Assembly (NCBI GenBank): GCA_051313645.2
Contig: JBNRSN020000017.1
Coordinates: 41,168,001-41,232,000 of the forward strand
Origin: Centroscyllium fabricii
Taxonomy: Eukaryota
Length of the DNA stretch: 64,000 nt
Reading direction: 5' to 3'
Of this stretch, positions 1 through 12,177 are shown piece after piece (within the stretch, counting starts at the first letter, position 1; every line of letters begins with the position of its first letter). The notes beneath the pieces were generated by a model, which saw nothing but the letters and a program-made list of their open reading frames with translations, made no database searches and was not told the origin of the DNA. Position numbers and translations under genes: made by a program.

Positions 1-455
1 TACTACTAACATCTTCAAAAACTCTAACAGATTTGTCAAACATGATTTCCCTTTCATAAAACCATGTTGACTCTGCCTGCTCATATTACGACTTTCTAAG
101 TGCCCTGTTACCACTTCCCTGATGCTGTAATAGATTTGAGCATTTTGCCTACTACTGATGTCAGGCTAACTGGCCGATAGTTCCCCATTTTTTCTCTTCC
201 TCCTTTCTGAAATAGCGGGGTTATGTTTTCTACCTTCCAATCCTTGGGGACTGTTCTACAATCTAGGGTACTCTGGAAGATTAATACCAGTGCATCCACT
301 ATCTCTGCATCTACCTCTTTTAAAACCCTAGGATGCAGGTCGTCAGGTCCAGGGGATTTGTCGTCACTTAGTTCCATTAATTTCTCCAGTACTCTGTTTT
401 TACTTATACTGATTTCTTTAAGTTCCCCATTCTCTCTAGAGCCTTGGTTCTCCAA
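1..455 (-). mobile_element. CR1 LINE ORF2 (reverse transcriptase) fragment
   Basis: Motifs SPGPDDLHPRVLKE, DWKVENITPLFQKGG, NYRPVSLTSVVGKML, then QSQHGFMKGKSCLTNLLEF near the window start. Confidence 0.9.
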
Positions 456-479
456 TATTTCTGGAATGTTTCTTGTTCT

Positions 480-1800
480 TCTTTTTCAAATGCTTACCTA
501 ATTACTAACCCTTTTAAATTATGTTATGTAAATAGAACACAAGGGATCCTTACGACACACCACAATACACATCCAATCAATTTGAAAAACATAGATTTTT
601 GCTTTCTATCCATGCATCGACACGTTGTTTCAACACCATTTGCCTTACTTTCTGTAACGAGTTTCATATGTGACACCTAATCAAGTTCCTCCTGAAAATT
701 CATCTCGACAACATCTACTGCATTCCCTTTATCTAATCATTCTGTAATTTCTTCCAAAAATTCAATTAAGTTAGTCAAGCACAGCTTGCCCTTTGCAAGT
801 CCATGCTGACTGTCCCCAATTAGCCCAAGCCTGTATAAATGTTCATTAATTTTATCCCACATTATGAGCTCTACGGCTTGGATATACCCAGTGCATTTGA
901 GTGAGAGCTGGAGACAGGGCTATGGGAACCAGTCAATTTCTCAGCTTTTCCCACCAGTGCACTGCTGATCTCAGGTCAGGACAGAAGTGGAGTGCGCAGC
1001 AGTTGCCCAATCAGCGGCAGAAGGACCCCCGAAGGCACTGACGGAGGGAAGGTGGGCTCTTCACAAGCCAATTCAGTGAAAGATCATTTCATTTCCAAGG
1101 ATCTCGTGCCCCCTTTTACTTCAGCTCCTCTGGTGCCGCAGTGAGGGCCCTTCTGCAGCATCGCTGGGTTTTACTTGTTCGGGGGTGGTGTGCGCCCCCT
1201 GTGGAGCGCAGATACTACAGACTAGGGAGCACTCCCTGCATGTATGATGACCAGGAAAATGGATCAGGGTCATGGAGGGGTGGGGTGTGTGGCCGGAAGT
1301 CCTCCTCACCTCTGGCAACAAAACCACCATGCAGGGAAATCCAGCCCTAGAAGCTTATCCTTAACTGGCTTTTAATTTCTGGCTTATCCATTTTCCCTTT
1401 CCTGAACAAGGGTGTGACATTTGCCACTCTCAAGTCCTTTGGCATAGTTTCCATTTTCAAAGCTTTTTGGAAAATTAGGGTTAATGTTTCTGTTATCTCT
1501 CCACCACCCCCCTCCCCCAACCCAATGTCCTTCAGTATTCTGGGTGCTTTCCACCTGAGCCTACTTTTCTACTTTCAGTCTCTTTAACTATATTTAATAC
1601 AGTTTTGTTTCAGGTAGTTATCTTCAGTAGTGGCTCTTCCACATCCTGCACAGACACTCTTACAGGCCTAATTTCACCTTCCTCTATAAAAATTGAGGCT
1701 AAGTACTCACTAAGTATCACTGCCATTACCCCACGCTCAATTACAAGGTGGCCACCTTCATATTTAAGTGGTTCCATCCTTTCTTTGACTATCCTTTTAC
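480..1800 (-). mobile_element. Older degraded CR1 RT fragment, interrupted by an insertion at ~875-1347
   Basis: Minus-strand reads DSQHGLAKGKLCLTNLIEFLEE (~740-820) and DLRVANVTPLFRKG (~1395-1440), with stops and frameshifts. Confidence 0.7.
875..1347. mobile_element. Old MITE-like insertion
   Basis: Degenerate inverted ends ggcttggatat / aaatccagccc; splits the CR1 fragment. Confidence 0.4.
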
Positions 1801-1804
1801 TTCA

Positions 1805-2300
1805 ATGTACACTGATGATACTCAGCTTTACCTCTCCACCACGTCTCAACCGCTCTATCGTCTTTGTCCGACTCCCATTGTCATCTCTAGATTTGGCTAT
1901 TCCAATGCTCTCTTGACCAAGCTCTCATGCCCCACCCTCTGTAATGCTTCACATCACCCAAACCTCTGCTGCCCATATCCTATCCCTTACCAAGTCCTGT
2001 TGACCTTTCATCCCTGTTCTCAATGGCTCCCAGTCCCCAAATGCTTCAAATTTAAAGTTCTTAGCCTTTTGCTTAAATCCCTTCATGGCCTTGTTTCTTC
2101 TTATCTCTGTAACCTCCTCTAGCCCTGCAACACGCCACCTTCCCCCAAACTCCCTGTTCCTCCCAATCCTTTCCCCCACTTATTGTACAATCCTCCCGCA
2201 CCCACTTTGCCCACCAGTAGCTGTGGCTTCAGCCATCCTGACCCGACACTCTGAAATTTCATCCTGTATTTTGTCCATCTCATATTTAAATACAGGGTAT
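1805..2300 (+). mobile_element. L2 LINE 3' fragment
   Basis: YTDDTQLYLS (YADD RT motif), SRFGYSNALL, QWLPV...FKVLSLLLKSLHGLVSSYLCNLL. Confidence 0.8.
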
Positions 2301-2467
2301 CTCCACTGCTGGTCCACTGTTTGATCTGCCATCCTTTCCCAACCAATTAATCTAGGCAAGGACCCCTTTCCTCCTACTGAATTTGCTTAATTTCCAGTCC
2401 AACACCTTTAGCTTCAACTCTCATTTTTCTATATTTATTGAACAACGGCCTCTTCTCACTGCTGTGG

Positions 2468-2737
2468 TCAGGAAAATGCTACCGCAGCATTAAGACAAAC
2501 ACAGAGAGGCTTAGGAGGAGCTTTTACCCCCGGCCATCCGGATCCTAAATGAAGACGCTGCCAAGGGTCGGCATACTGACGATTGAATGCCTTTCTTCTT
2601 ATAATTGCTAATTTATTGTTTGTATTTATTGTTATCCGGAGAGCATAGACATGGAGCTTGCGACTAAGCATTTCATTGCACTTTGTACATGTATAATGAT
2701 GTATATGACAAATAAAGTAAACTTGAAACTTGAAACT
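2468..2737 (+). mobile_element. Rex1/Babar LINE 3' end
   Basis: SGKCYRSIKTNTERLRRSF C-terminal motif, then aataaa and an (aacttga)n tail. Confidence 0.7.
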
Positions 2738-3697
2738 TAGAAACATAACATAGAAACATAGAAGATAGGAGCAGGAGTAGGCCATTCGGCCCTTCGAGCC
2801 TGCTCCGCCATTCAATGAGATCATGGCTGATCATTCAAACTCAGTACCCTGCCCCTGCCCTCTCCCCATATCCCTCTCGAGCCTGCATCGACACATATTT
2901 AAAACTGAGATGAGGAGAAACTTCTTCACTCAGAGGGTGGTTAATCTATGGAATTCGCTGCCTCAGGGAGCTGTGGAAGTGGGAACATTAAATAAATTTA
3001 AAACAGAAATAGACTGTTTTTTAGCAGACAAGGGAATTAGGGGTTACGGGGAGCGGGCAGGGAAGTGGACCTGAGTTATGGTTAGTATAGTAAGACCTGA
3101 GTGATCTCCTGGACAAGTTTCGATCGCCTGGATTGGGGTCGGAGAGGAATTTCCCGGATTTTTTTCCCAAATTGGACCTGGGTTTTTATCCGGTTTTTCG
3201 CCTCTCCCAGGAGATCACATGGTTCTTTGGGTGGGAGAAGGGTGATAGGGGTATGAAGGTTAGGGTAGGATCAGCAATGATCTTGATGGGTGAGGGGGCG
3301 GGCTTGGGGGGCCGATTGGCCTACTCCTGCTCCTAATTCTTGTGTTCTTGTGTCCTTATGTTCAGCCATGAATGTATTGAATGGCGGTGCAGGCTCGACG
3401 GACCGAATGGTCTACTCCTGCACCTATTTTCTATGTTTCTATGTTTCTATATCCCACCCTATCCCCGTAACCCCACATATTCAATCACCCTAACACTAAG
3501 GGTCAATTTATCCTGGCCAATCAACCTAACCCGCACATCTTTGGACTGTGGGAGGAAACCGGAGCACCCGGAGGAAACCCACGCAGACACGGGGAGAATG
3601 TGCAAACTCCACACGGATAGTACCCGAGTCTGGATTTGAACCCGGGTCTCCAGTGCTGTGAGACAGCAGTGCTAACCACTGTGCCACCGTGCCGCCC
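2738..3697 (-). mobile_element. HE1-type V-SINE split by a CR1 insertion
   Basis: Tail (2738-2898) and tRNA-like head plus V core (3451-3697) rejoin into the SINE consensus (gacacatat|cccaccctatcccc) once 2899-3450 is removed. Confidence 0.85.
2899..3450 (+). mobile_element. CR1 LINE 3' end with structured 3' UTR module and doubled tail
   Basis: FKTEMRRNFFTQRVVNLWNSLPQ...FKTEID C-terminus; terminal ggccgattggcctactcctgctcc; (ttctatgt)n tail. Confidence 0.9.
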
Positions 3698-5184
3698 TAA
3701 CTTATTTTCATTGCGAACCTAATTGGGAAACTGACCATAACCTAAGTGTTCTCATAACTTCAGATCCCTTACTTATCTAATATTATTAACTAGAACCAGA
3801 TCTGGCACTGCATCATTTTTTGTTGGCCATGCAACATTAAGGAAACAATTTTAGGTGCCATTCTAAGAACCCCTCCTCATTTTGATCACAAATGTTTGTC
3901 TATTCCCAGCTAACGCTGTAAACATCTTGGCTACAAATCACATCCTCAATTTCTTTCCCACCATTTGGCGGGCTATAATGTACTCCTAATATGGTAACAT
4001 GCTCCTTTATTATTTCTTAATGCGACCCAGACAGAGCCCAGCTAAGCATTGCCATTGATACAAATATTTTCTTTCAAATGTCTGCAAACAGTTCTGTAAT
4101 GAACCAGGCCTTTTCTTCCTTTGGTATCTCTCCTGTTTATAGCCAGGAACAAATTGGGCCCTGTTTTCCTGTGCTCCAGAGGAGCTGCACACTCACGAAG
4201 GGGGGTCAGAAATGCCCCATGGGTGTGCAGCACGGGGGATGCCCACGAACGGTAATTTCCTGTGCTGATGGGCAAGGCCCGTCAGCTTCCAACGCAGGAA
4301 GACCTTGCACTGACGATTTCCTGTCAGAACGGGTGATTTTTGGAGAGTGATTCCGTGTGCAACTGGCTCACAAGCTGCACACAGAAAAACCAGTAGTAAG
4401 AGGGAGAAGATTTAGTTACTGAAGCAGGTAAGTTAATTTTTTAACTTTAATTTAAATTTTTTACAGTTTTTGGGAGTAGTGTGGCCAGATCGGTAGCGTT
4501 AAATTTTTAATTTAAAGTTTTTTAAAAAAAATTACAAATCCGATTTTAAGTTAATTTACCTGTTTCAAATCGCTAATTTTTAAAGTTAAATTTCTGAAAT
4601 TTTTAACTCTCTAGCTATTAAAAAATCTAAGAGGACAAAATGGGAGACTTACCTTCCGTTTCTTCCTCTGAGAAGCTGCTGTGCCCGCGCTGCTCCCCCG
4701 CCGAGTCTGTGAGTGCAGCTCCGCACTTCCCTGCTCTCACAAAGGTCCGACTCGGGATCTGTTTATTTAAATTAGGGATCTGGGGGCGTTTTTAATTTAA
4801 ATTTCGGATCTGTGGGCGGGGCATACACTGCGCACCTAGCGTGGCTGGACTGCCACGCAGCGCAGGAACGGGGAGGAAATTGACGGTGAAACTTCTGTGC
4901 GATGTTGGCAGTGTTGTCCGTGAGCGCGCTAAATGAGCGCGCGTTCACGAGCGCGTTCACATTTTCGTGAACGCTGAACGAGCGCGCTCTTTCCCAGCAG
5001 CCTGAGCGAAAACGTGAGCGTCGCTCAGTTTGCAGGGAGTGAGCGGCGCTCTTGCAGCGCTCTTGCGGTATGTGACGCATGCGCAGATCGTCTCCCAGCG
5101 ACACGAGTCGCTGCTGCCTTCCATGCGGGTCGGATCGGCGTCTCATGAAGCCATCGACGGTGAGTGTGCCGGACCTGCTGGCTG

Positions 5185-5835
5185 CTCTCTCCTGTCTGCT
5201 CTGCGGGGCAAAGCAAAGCTCTCTCCTGTCTGCTCTGCGGGGCAAAGCTCTCTCCTGTCTGCTCTGCGGGGCAAAGCTCTCTCCTGTCTGCTCTGCGGGG
5301 CAAAGCAAAACTCTCTCCTGTCTGCTCTGCGGGGCAAAGCAAAGCTCTCTCCTGTCTGCTCTGCGGGGCAAAGCAAAACTCTCTCCTGTCTGCTCTGCGG
5401 GGCAAAGCTCTCTCCTGTCTGCTCTGCGGGGCAAAGCTCTCTCCTGTCTGCTCTGTGGGGCAAAGCAAAACTCTCTCCTGTCTGCTCTGCGGGGCAAAGC
5501 AAAGCTCTCTCCTGTCTGCTCTGCGGGGCAAAGCAAAGCTCTCTCCTGTCTGCTCTGCGGGGCAAAGCAAAGCTCTCTCCTGTCTGCGGGGCAAAGCAAA
5601 GCTCTCTCCTGTCTGCTCTGCGGGGCAAAGCTCTCTCCTGTCTGCTGTGCGGGGCAAAGCAAAGCTCTCTCCTGTCTGCTCTGCGGGGCAAAGCAAAGCT
5701 CTCTCCTGTCTGCTGTGCGGGGCAAAGCAAAGCTCTCTCCTGTCTGCTCTGCGGGGCAAAGCAAAGCTCTCTCCTGTCTGCTCTGCGGGGCAAAGCAAAG
5801 CTCTCTCCTGTCTGCGGGGCAAAGCAAAACTCTCT
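5185..5835. repeat. Minisatellite, 29/34-bp unit ctctctcctgtctgctctgcggggcaaag(caaag)
   Basis: About 20 tandem units inside the hAT element; stop-free, which explains the long overlapping ORFs. Confidence 0.95.
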
Positions 5836-5849
5836 CTCTCTCTCTCATC

Positions 5850-6119
5850 TGCCTATTTAGAGATAGCAGGAGATTCAGCCCTTAAGCCTGCTCCACCATG
5901 CACATATCGAGCCTGCACCGACACATATCCCACCCTATTCCCATAACCCCACATATTCAATCCCCCTAACACTAAGGGTAAATTTATCCTGGCCAAAAAC
6001 CCACGCAGACATGGGGAGAATGTGCAAACTCCACACAGATAGTACCCGAGGCTGGATTTGAACCCAGGTCTCCAGTGCTGTGAGACCGCAGTGCTAAGCA
6101 CTGTGCCACCGTGCCGCCC
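5850..6119 (-). mobile_element. Internally deleted HE1-type SINE nested in the hAT element
   Basis: Reverse complement begins gggcggcacggtggcacagtgcttagcact with A/B-box-like head. Confidence 0.85.
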
Positions 6120-7851
6120 TATATACTCAGCCTGTGTATATACATACAGACAGTTCTCTATTTGTTCCTCCTGCTTCATAATTTGCATTGCCCCAAACTG
6201 ACTCTACCCCCTGCATAATAGGAAACTACTGACACAATGATTCAGTGATAAAACTTATAAAGTAATCAGCTTCTATTATTCTTTAATGGGCTGTAGCAAT
6301 GATTGGGGGCTGTCAGTGGATGGATAAGAGGATGTTCTATTGAAAAATAATAGCTCGGTGCAGCGCATTAAAAGAAAAGAAAAAAAAAACGAACTTTGAA
6401 CTAGTTCATTTTTGAGCTGCGAACTTAAGTTCAAAATTCAAAATTATGAACTATGAACTTGAACTAGTTCATTTTAAAATGATTGAACTGAACTTTGAGC
6501 TAGCTCTTGTTAAGTGTGAACTTTCCCAACACTGGATGTTGGTGCGTGCGATTAGGAGTCCACAGGGTCCTAGCGCACGCACTAACCGGCACACAGGAAA
6601 ACAGGGCCCAATTGTGTTTCCAGTCCCACCCCACATGAAACAAGGTTGCAGTAATGGCTACAACATCAAATCCATCCACTCTCATTAGTGCCTCTAGTTC
6701 CTGATTTCATTTCTAATGCTTTGTAACACTATAAACACTGCAATTCTGATCCATTCATATTCCTCAGTATCGCTTTGCCTTCTTCTTAATTATTCTTTCC
6801 TCCACTGCCCTTTTTAACCTCTCGCAATACACCACCCTTGAACATAATTGCTGAGACTTCTTTGCCCTTAACTGTGCTTAGTCATAAACTCCTCCACTTA
6901 TGTTCTTACAGTAAATCTCTTCATTCCACCCCCAGAACTTACAAGTTTAAACTCACACCAAGTTTGAATTCAAGTCCTTAAAATTACTTGCAGTTCACCT
7001 GAGCTTATAAAATTAGAATCAGCATGTTGTCTTCCTCGGGGTGGGTAGCGATGCAAGAGTGGACAGGAAGCTCCTTTATACAGATATTCCCTGTACTGCC
7101 AGTGGTTATGCAAAATGATTGAATTCGGAGTTTATTTTCATGAATGACTGCACAAATAAAATTTATTAACAAGGAATTTGAGGAAATCATTGAAAGACGA
7201 TTTCCTGTCTACCACAGCAAGTACTTGCACTTGGAATTTCCTGTCCTCTGCTGCATCACCATCAAGAAGGCTCAGTAGAAATGTTGTACTTTTCAAAACC
7301 CTGGGCCAGTTGTCTGCAGTTTCAAGCAAGCGCCAGCAACATTACAGGAACAAAAAAAATGATCGTAATGCTAAAAGACTGTTCAGCCCACACATAGTTA
7401 GAATTTAGGCTTTGTTGCCCTTTTAAAAAGCACCAGCAGAAATGTTGTTTGCAATAGCTTATTAAGATATCCAATCACGGCAACTCCATTTATGTGGGTC
7501 AATGAGTTATTTGCCCAGGCTTCACCTCAAATCATGCTCTTGTTAATTTGTAGGAACACCATCTTTTGGAATTCATTTTCATCTGGATTGATTCCAAATT
7601 CACAATAATCTGCCTTGTTTTCACAGTTCTTCTATACCATTACTCCCCCAAGATTTAAAAAAATATTTTTTATTGAGCACTAATGGGTCCCTTATTAACC
7701 CTTTCACTGGTGTGAATGTGTAGTCTTGTGTTATTTTCAAGATGGGATGTGTATTATTGTGATCCAGAGATCATTTTGCCTGAGTCACCAATAAGCATAC
7801 GAAGCATTTAATCCAATCTTCATGCATACCAAAACTTTTTAAAACATATGT

Positions 7852-8253
7852 GGGCGGCACGGTGGCATAGTGGTTAGCATTGTTGCCTCACAGCACTGGA
7901 GACCCGGGTTCGAATCCGGCCTCGGGTACTATCTGTGTGGAGTTTGCACATTCTCCCCGTGTCTGCGTGGGTTTCCTCCGGGTGCTCCGGTTTCCTCCCA
8001 CAGTCCAAAGATGTGCGGGTTAGGTTGATTGGCCATGATAAATTGGCCCTTAGTGTTAGGGGGATTGAATATGTGGGGTTACGGGGATAGGGTGGGATAT
8101 CTGTCAGTGCAGCCTCGATAGGGATCGAGGGATATGGGGAGAGGGCAGGGGTGGGATACTGGGTTTGGATGATCAGCCATGATCTCGTTGAATGGCGGAG
8201 CAGGCTCGAAGGGCCGAATGGCCTACTCCTGCTCCTAGTTTCTATGTTTCTAT
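7852..8253 (+). mobile_element. Full-length HE1-type V-SINE
   Basis: tRNA-like head (tggcatagtgg, ggttcgaatcc), V domain gtggagtttgcacattctccccgtg...tccggtttcctcccacagtccaaaga, CR1-derived tail. Confidence 0.95.
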
Positions 8254-10298
8254 ATCAGTATAAAATTGCAGGAATGTTACAACACAAACTGCAAAGTGTT
8301 CACATAAATTAACAGGCAGTTTGACGAGTGACAAAATGCCTTTGCCTGACATGTGAAGCATTTACAGTTAATATTTTTTGGATTTTTACTCAAGATGTTT
8401 CCCTTGGTTACAACCTGACTGACAAGCAGCATGACCAGACACCTCTCCCCCATGAACCAGAGTCTGCCTTCACCTGCCCAACATCTCGGTGCATGCCGTA
8501 AGGCCCAGGACTTGAACAGAGAACCCTTGTCACTGTTCTCCAGCTTCCGGGATGTTGCCACATGATCTTCTGCACTTCACTCGGCAGAAGAATAAAAAGT
8601 GCAGCTTAAGCTATAATCTACAAGACAGGTTTGTTGAACATTAAGCAGATACAGCGCCCAACATAACAGTGTGTTTACAGTAAGTACGAATTTTACTATT
8701 CTTCTTCAAACATCTAAAACAACAGATGCTTTCTTGCACTAATCTTCATCATAAAAGTGCCCCTTGAGCTGCAGTTTCATTACTTCATGCGTGGCTATCT
8801 GTTACCACACATCCTCTGATTAACCCCATGCATCTAATGACCTCAAACTAACTCTCAAATTTCTTTGAAAATATCTCGGAACAAAGGGACATTAAAAACT
8901 GCATCTCCTGTAGTTACATCCGCCATTCCCAGGATTGCAGCTACAAAGGATATTTCCTGATCACAGTCATCTCTAGCACCCTTTGAAGCTCAAGACCTGT
9001 AATTTTAGGACGTTTACACTTATCCAGACAGCTATCAGGGACACTGCCGAACAAGATGACATTAATGGTTCTGCATTTAACCTGCATTAGCATATTAAAC
9101 TATCTTTTGTTCCGCACAAAGAAGGTACGGATGCATATTAATATCTTTGGCATGCCAATATAATGCATATTGTCCAGAACTTGATGAATCAGCACTTCAT
9201 TTTAATCCTATGAGCACTGTAATCAGCAAGACAGCATCCAATATGTAATCCATCATGAAAAAATGTCTAATTTTTGTCACTGTGCAGCACTTAGCCACAC
9301 CTTTGCACCACCGTTTTCATCTTTCTAGTTAAGCTATTTGACAATTTCCTTCGAACAATTCAATAAGAATTTTAACAAAGTGCAAACGATATCAATAATT
9401 ACCAAACAAAATCAAAATCGGTAATAACTTCAGAACAGCCAGAATTTAGATCTGCTCAGAAAGCACAGGTATGGTCAGAACTAGACAGTGATAGAGGTCA
9501 AACCTAAGGCCCTAAGATTCGCAATCCTCAATCGACACCTCAGGTTATGTGGTCCCAAATGATGCTGATCCATTTCCCCCACCCGCCGTTATCGAGTGGA
9601 CAGTACATTCTACGCGGTCATAAATTGTGCATGCTTTGGATTCAATTTCCTATCAGCTGAGCGATCCGTTAAAAGTGTTCCATACATTTTTAATTGAATA
9701 TATAAATGATTTTAACATATGTGCATTTCTGGGGCGGGGGGATGATATTTATGTCTAAATAGCCAATCTTGCTCCATCACATCTGGTGTGTGGCTCAAGC
9801 AGCAGCAGGTTTGTGATGTATGGGGGTGAAAATATGTTGAAAATGTTTCCAAACGAGCAGCTTCCAAGCCAATCGGGTATTCAGATACAGCAGATAAAGC
9901 CACATGCTGAAAGGGTTAATGTGCGGCTGTTGTATTAAAGCTGTCGCCTTTAATTAGGGTTGTTAAAAGTTTAACTAGTTCCACTAAAGTAAATGAGAGT
10001 CTGTAAATTCCAACTGCAGATGCCCAACTCCCACATGGAGTCACCTTTCCCCCTCAGAAAGTCACCCCCATTGTGACAGATGGACATGAAACATCTGTGC
10101 TGCTATGTTCAATGCACAGTGTGAACAATTCCACCTCCAAGCAACATAGGACATACAAGGCACCAGTTCCACTGTAGAACTGTAGTTGGTGCTCCATTAA
10201 CTGTCATTTCTAAACATAATTTGCAGGTATGTTACAAACAAGTTGTAGATGTGATGAAGATTATACTTGTGGGTGGGATAGCTGCTTAACCTTTTGTG

Positions 10299-10510
10299 AT
10301 GTGGAGGTGCCGGTGTTGGACTGGGGTGGACAAATGTAAGAAGTCACACAACACCAGGTTATAGTCCAACAGCTTTATTTGAAATCACAAGCTTTCGGAG
10401 CGCTGCTCCTTCCTCAGGTGAAGTGAAGAGATGCATATAGGCACAGCATATATAGTCAGAAAACAATGCCAGATGATTACAGCTAATCTTTCCAACTGCC
10501 CTTTATCACA
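10299..10510 (-). mobile_element. Short Penelope-type terminal-repeat element carrying a hammerhead motif
   Basis: Flanked by near-duplicated accttttgtg / acctttttgtg; contains the hammerhead at 10385-10421. Penelope assignment is by analogy with the 49007 copy. Confidence 0.65.
10385..10421 (-). ncRNA. Minimal type-I hammerhead ribozyme motif (intact core)
   Basis: Minus strand: UCAC-CUGAGGA-A-GGAGC-AGC-GCUCC-GAA-AGCU-U-GUGA. Stem I 4 bp, stem II 5 bp, palindromic AGCU helix III, predicted cut after CUU. Confidence 0.8.
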
Positions 10511-11950
10511 CCTTTTTGTGGAAGACTGACCCGTACCGATTTGTTCAAAGCATTCTGACGGGGTTGAGAATATACATTGGGACATTTGAACAAGTGGGTT
10601 AATTTGTAAACGGATGTGTAATAGGGCACAATAGGGATGAGAACTAAACTTCTCTTGAGTTTATTATGCTTTGGAAACCCTACTATTCAATCCCCGCATT
10701 TTATGTTTGAAAATGCAGCCCAGTCCCCGATCTGTGTTGGTTTAAACTTTCAACGCTGAGCTGCTCATTGTTAAAGGATCTAAATCAGGTGGCAGGGCTG
10801 GCTGTTGGAGAGTAATGTGAATTTGGATGGCCTGCTGATTGATGTAAAAGCCGATTCCACCCATCTCACGCTTCCAATGTGGAAGTTTGGCAAAACAGCA
10901 GGATTTCATTTGTTTTCTTTAATGATTGGAATGTACCTTTCTTTCTGTTAGGGGGAAAACAACGTAGTCTCAATCAATCAGTGATAAAATCCTTCATTCA
11001 GCACTTTTCATTACTGCTGTGTTGAATCCATTTTTACTACAACTTTGGCCCTAGTTTGTCCAATCCAACATTATTGATGTAATTTATGAGAGAGAGAGAG
11101 ATGGCCACAGTTGCATTCAGCAACGCACATCTAAGACTCCATTACAACAGGTCCAATTGTAGGGGGGGAAGTAGGTGGGAATGCATCAAATCATCAACAT
11201 CACTAAATAATTCAAAAGCTATCAAAACTATCAGAAATTTAGAATAAACTGTACATTCAAGTTGAATATATTCCGCTGCCCCCAGATCACACATATAGAA
11301 AGTCACATATCAGGCTTGCTGGCAAATCGTAACAAAATGGTTACATTCTCATACAGGGACTCAACCATCATTCTACAGTGACAAAGAGAATAATGACCTA
11401 TAATTAATGTGTTTGTCATTTTAAAGTTTTTTATTCCCACGAGAGAGCACTACAGCTTTAAGAGTGAAGAGGAACTGCATGATACACAAGTGTGCAGCGC
11501 TCTGCCAAGAGCATGCTCCAGCACTCACTGGCAGCCACTAACACACCAGAGAACAATGACTTCTGTATTCAAACAGGGAGAGTGCGAGAGAGAACAAGTC
11601 TGTATCAAAAAAAATAATTTTTAATAGTAACAGCTGTCCCTGGAGCCGTGACCCTCACAACGTTGGAACACTGAAGCTCTTTCAAGGAGTGACAAAATAA
11701 GCACCGATGCAGCTGTGCAAGGGAACTCATTTACAGTTCAGGCAGATTAACGCACATGTCCTGAATAGGAGACAAGAATTTTGATTTACGGAAGCCAAAG
11801 ATTAACTCTTAGGGGTCAAAATAATTCTAACACAGATGAGTAACGACACACAAGTGTGAAGACATCTCTGGGCACATCCAGGCCATAAATAGGACTTTTC
11901 CAGTTAAATTATCAGTGGGATTTTGAGTACTGGAGAGGCATTTCAATACC

Positions 11951-12177
11951 TGTATGTGTGTGAGTATATGTGTGAGTGTGTATGTATGTATGTATATATA
12001 TAAAATATATATATGTATATGTGTGTGATTATATATATGCGTGTGAGTATATATATGTGTGTGTATGTGTGTGATTATATATATATATATGCGTGTGAGT
12101 ATATATATGTGTGTGTATGTGTGTGATTATATATATATATGTGTGTGTGAGTATATATATATATATACACACACACA
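11951..12177. repeat. Compound (TA)n/(TG)n microsatellite
   Basis: Direct inspection; a similar tract lies at 12705-12768. Confidence 0.95.

Larger units (their letters stand above)
4909..6534. mobile_element. Non-autonomous hAT element
   Basis: Termini cagtgttg...caacactg; perfect 8-bp TSD gatgttgg (4901-4908, 6535-6542); subterminal gagcgc/gaact repeats; empty site visible in the 58640 copy. Confidence 0.92.
4156..6609. mobile_element. Non-autonomous DNA transposon (GGGCCC-TIR MITE), host of a nested hAT
   Basis: Perfect 18-bp TIR gggccctgttttcctgtg, flanked by aatt/aatt; near-identical uninterrupted copy at 58640-59468. Confidence 0.9.

Noticed and set aside
4772-5946. Six overlapping 216-358 aa ORFs and a superficially CRISPR-like array
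   Set aside because: These arise from a stop-free tandem minisatellite. There are no unique spacers and no cas genes, and the context is vertebrate.
7852-7925. tRNA-like sequence with A and B boxes (repeated in all SINE heads)
   Set aside because: Continuous with the V-SINE core and CR1 tail, so these are SINE heads rather than tRNA genes.
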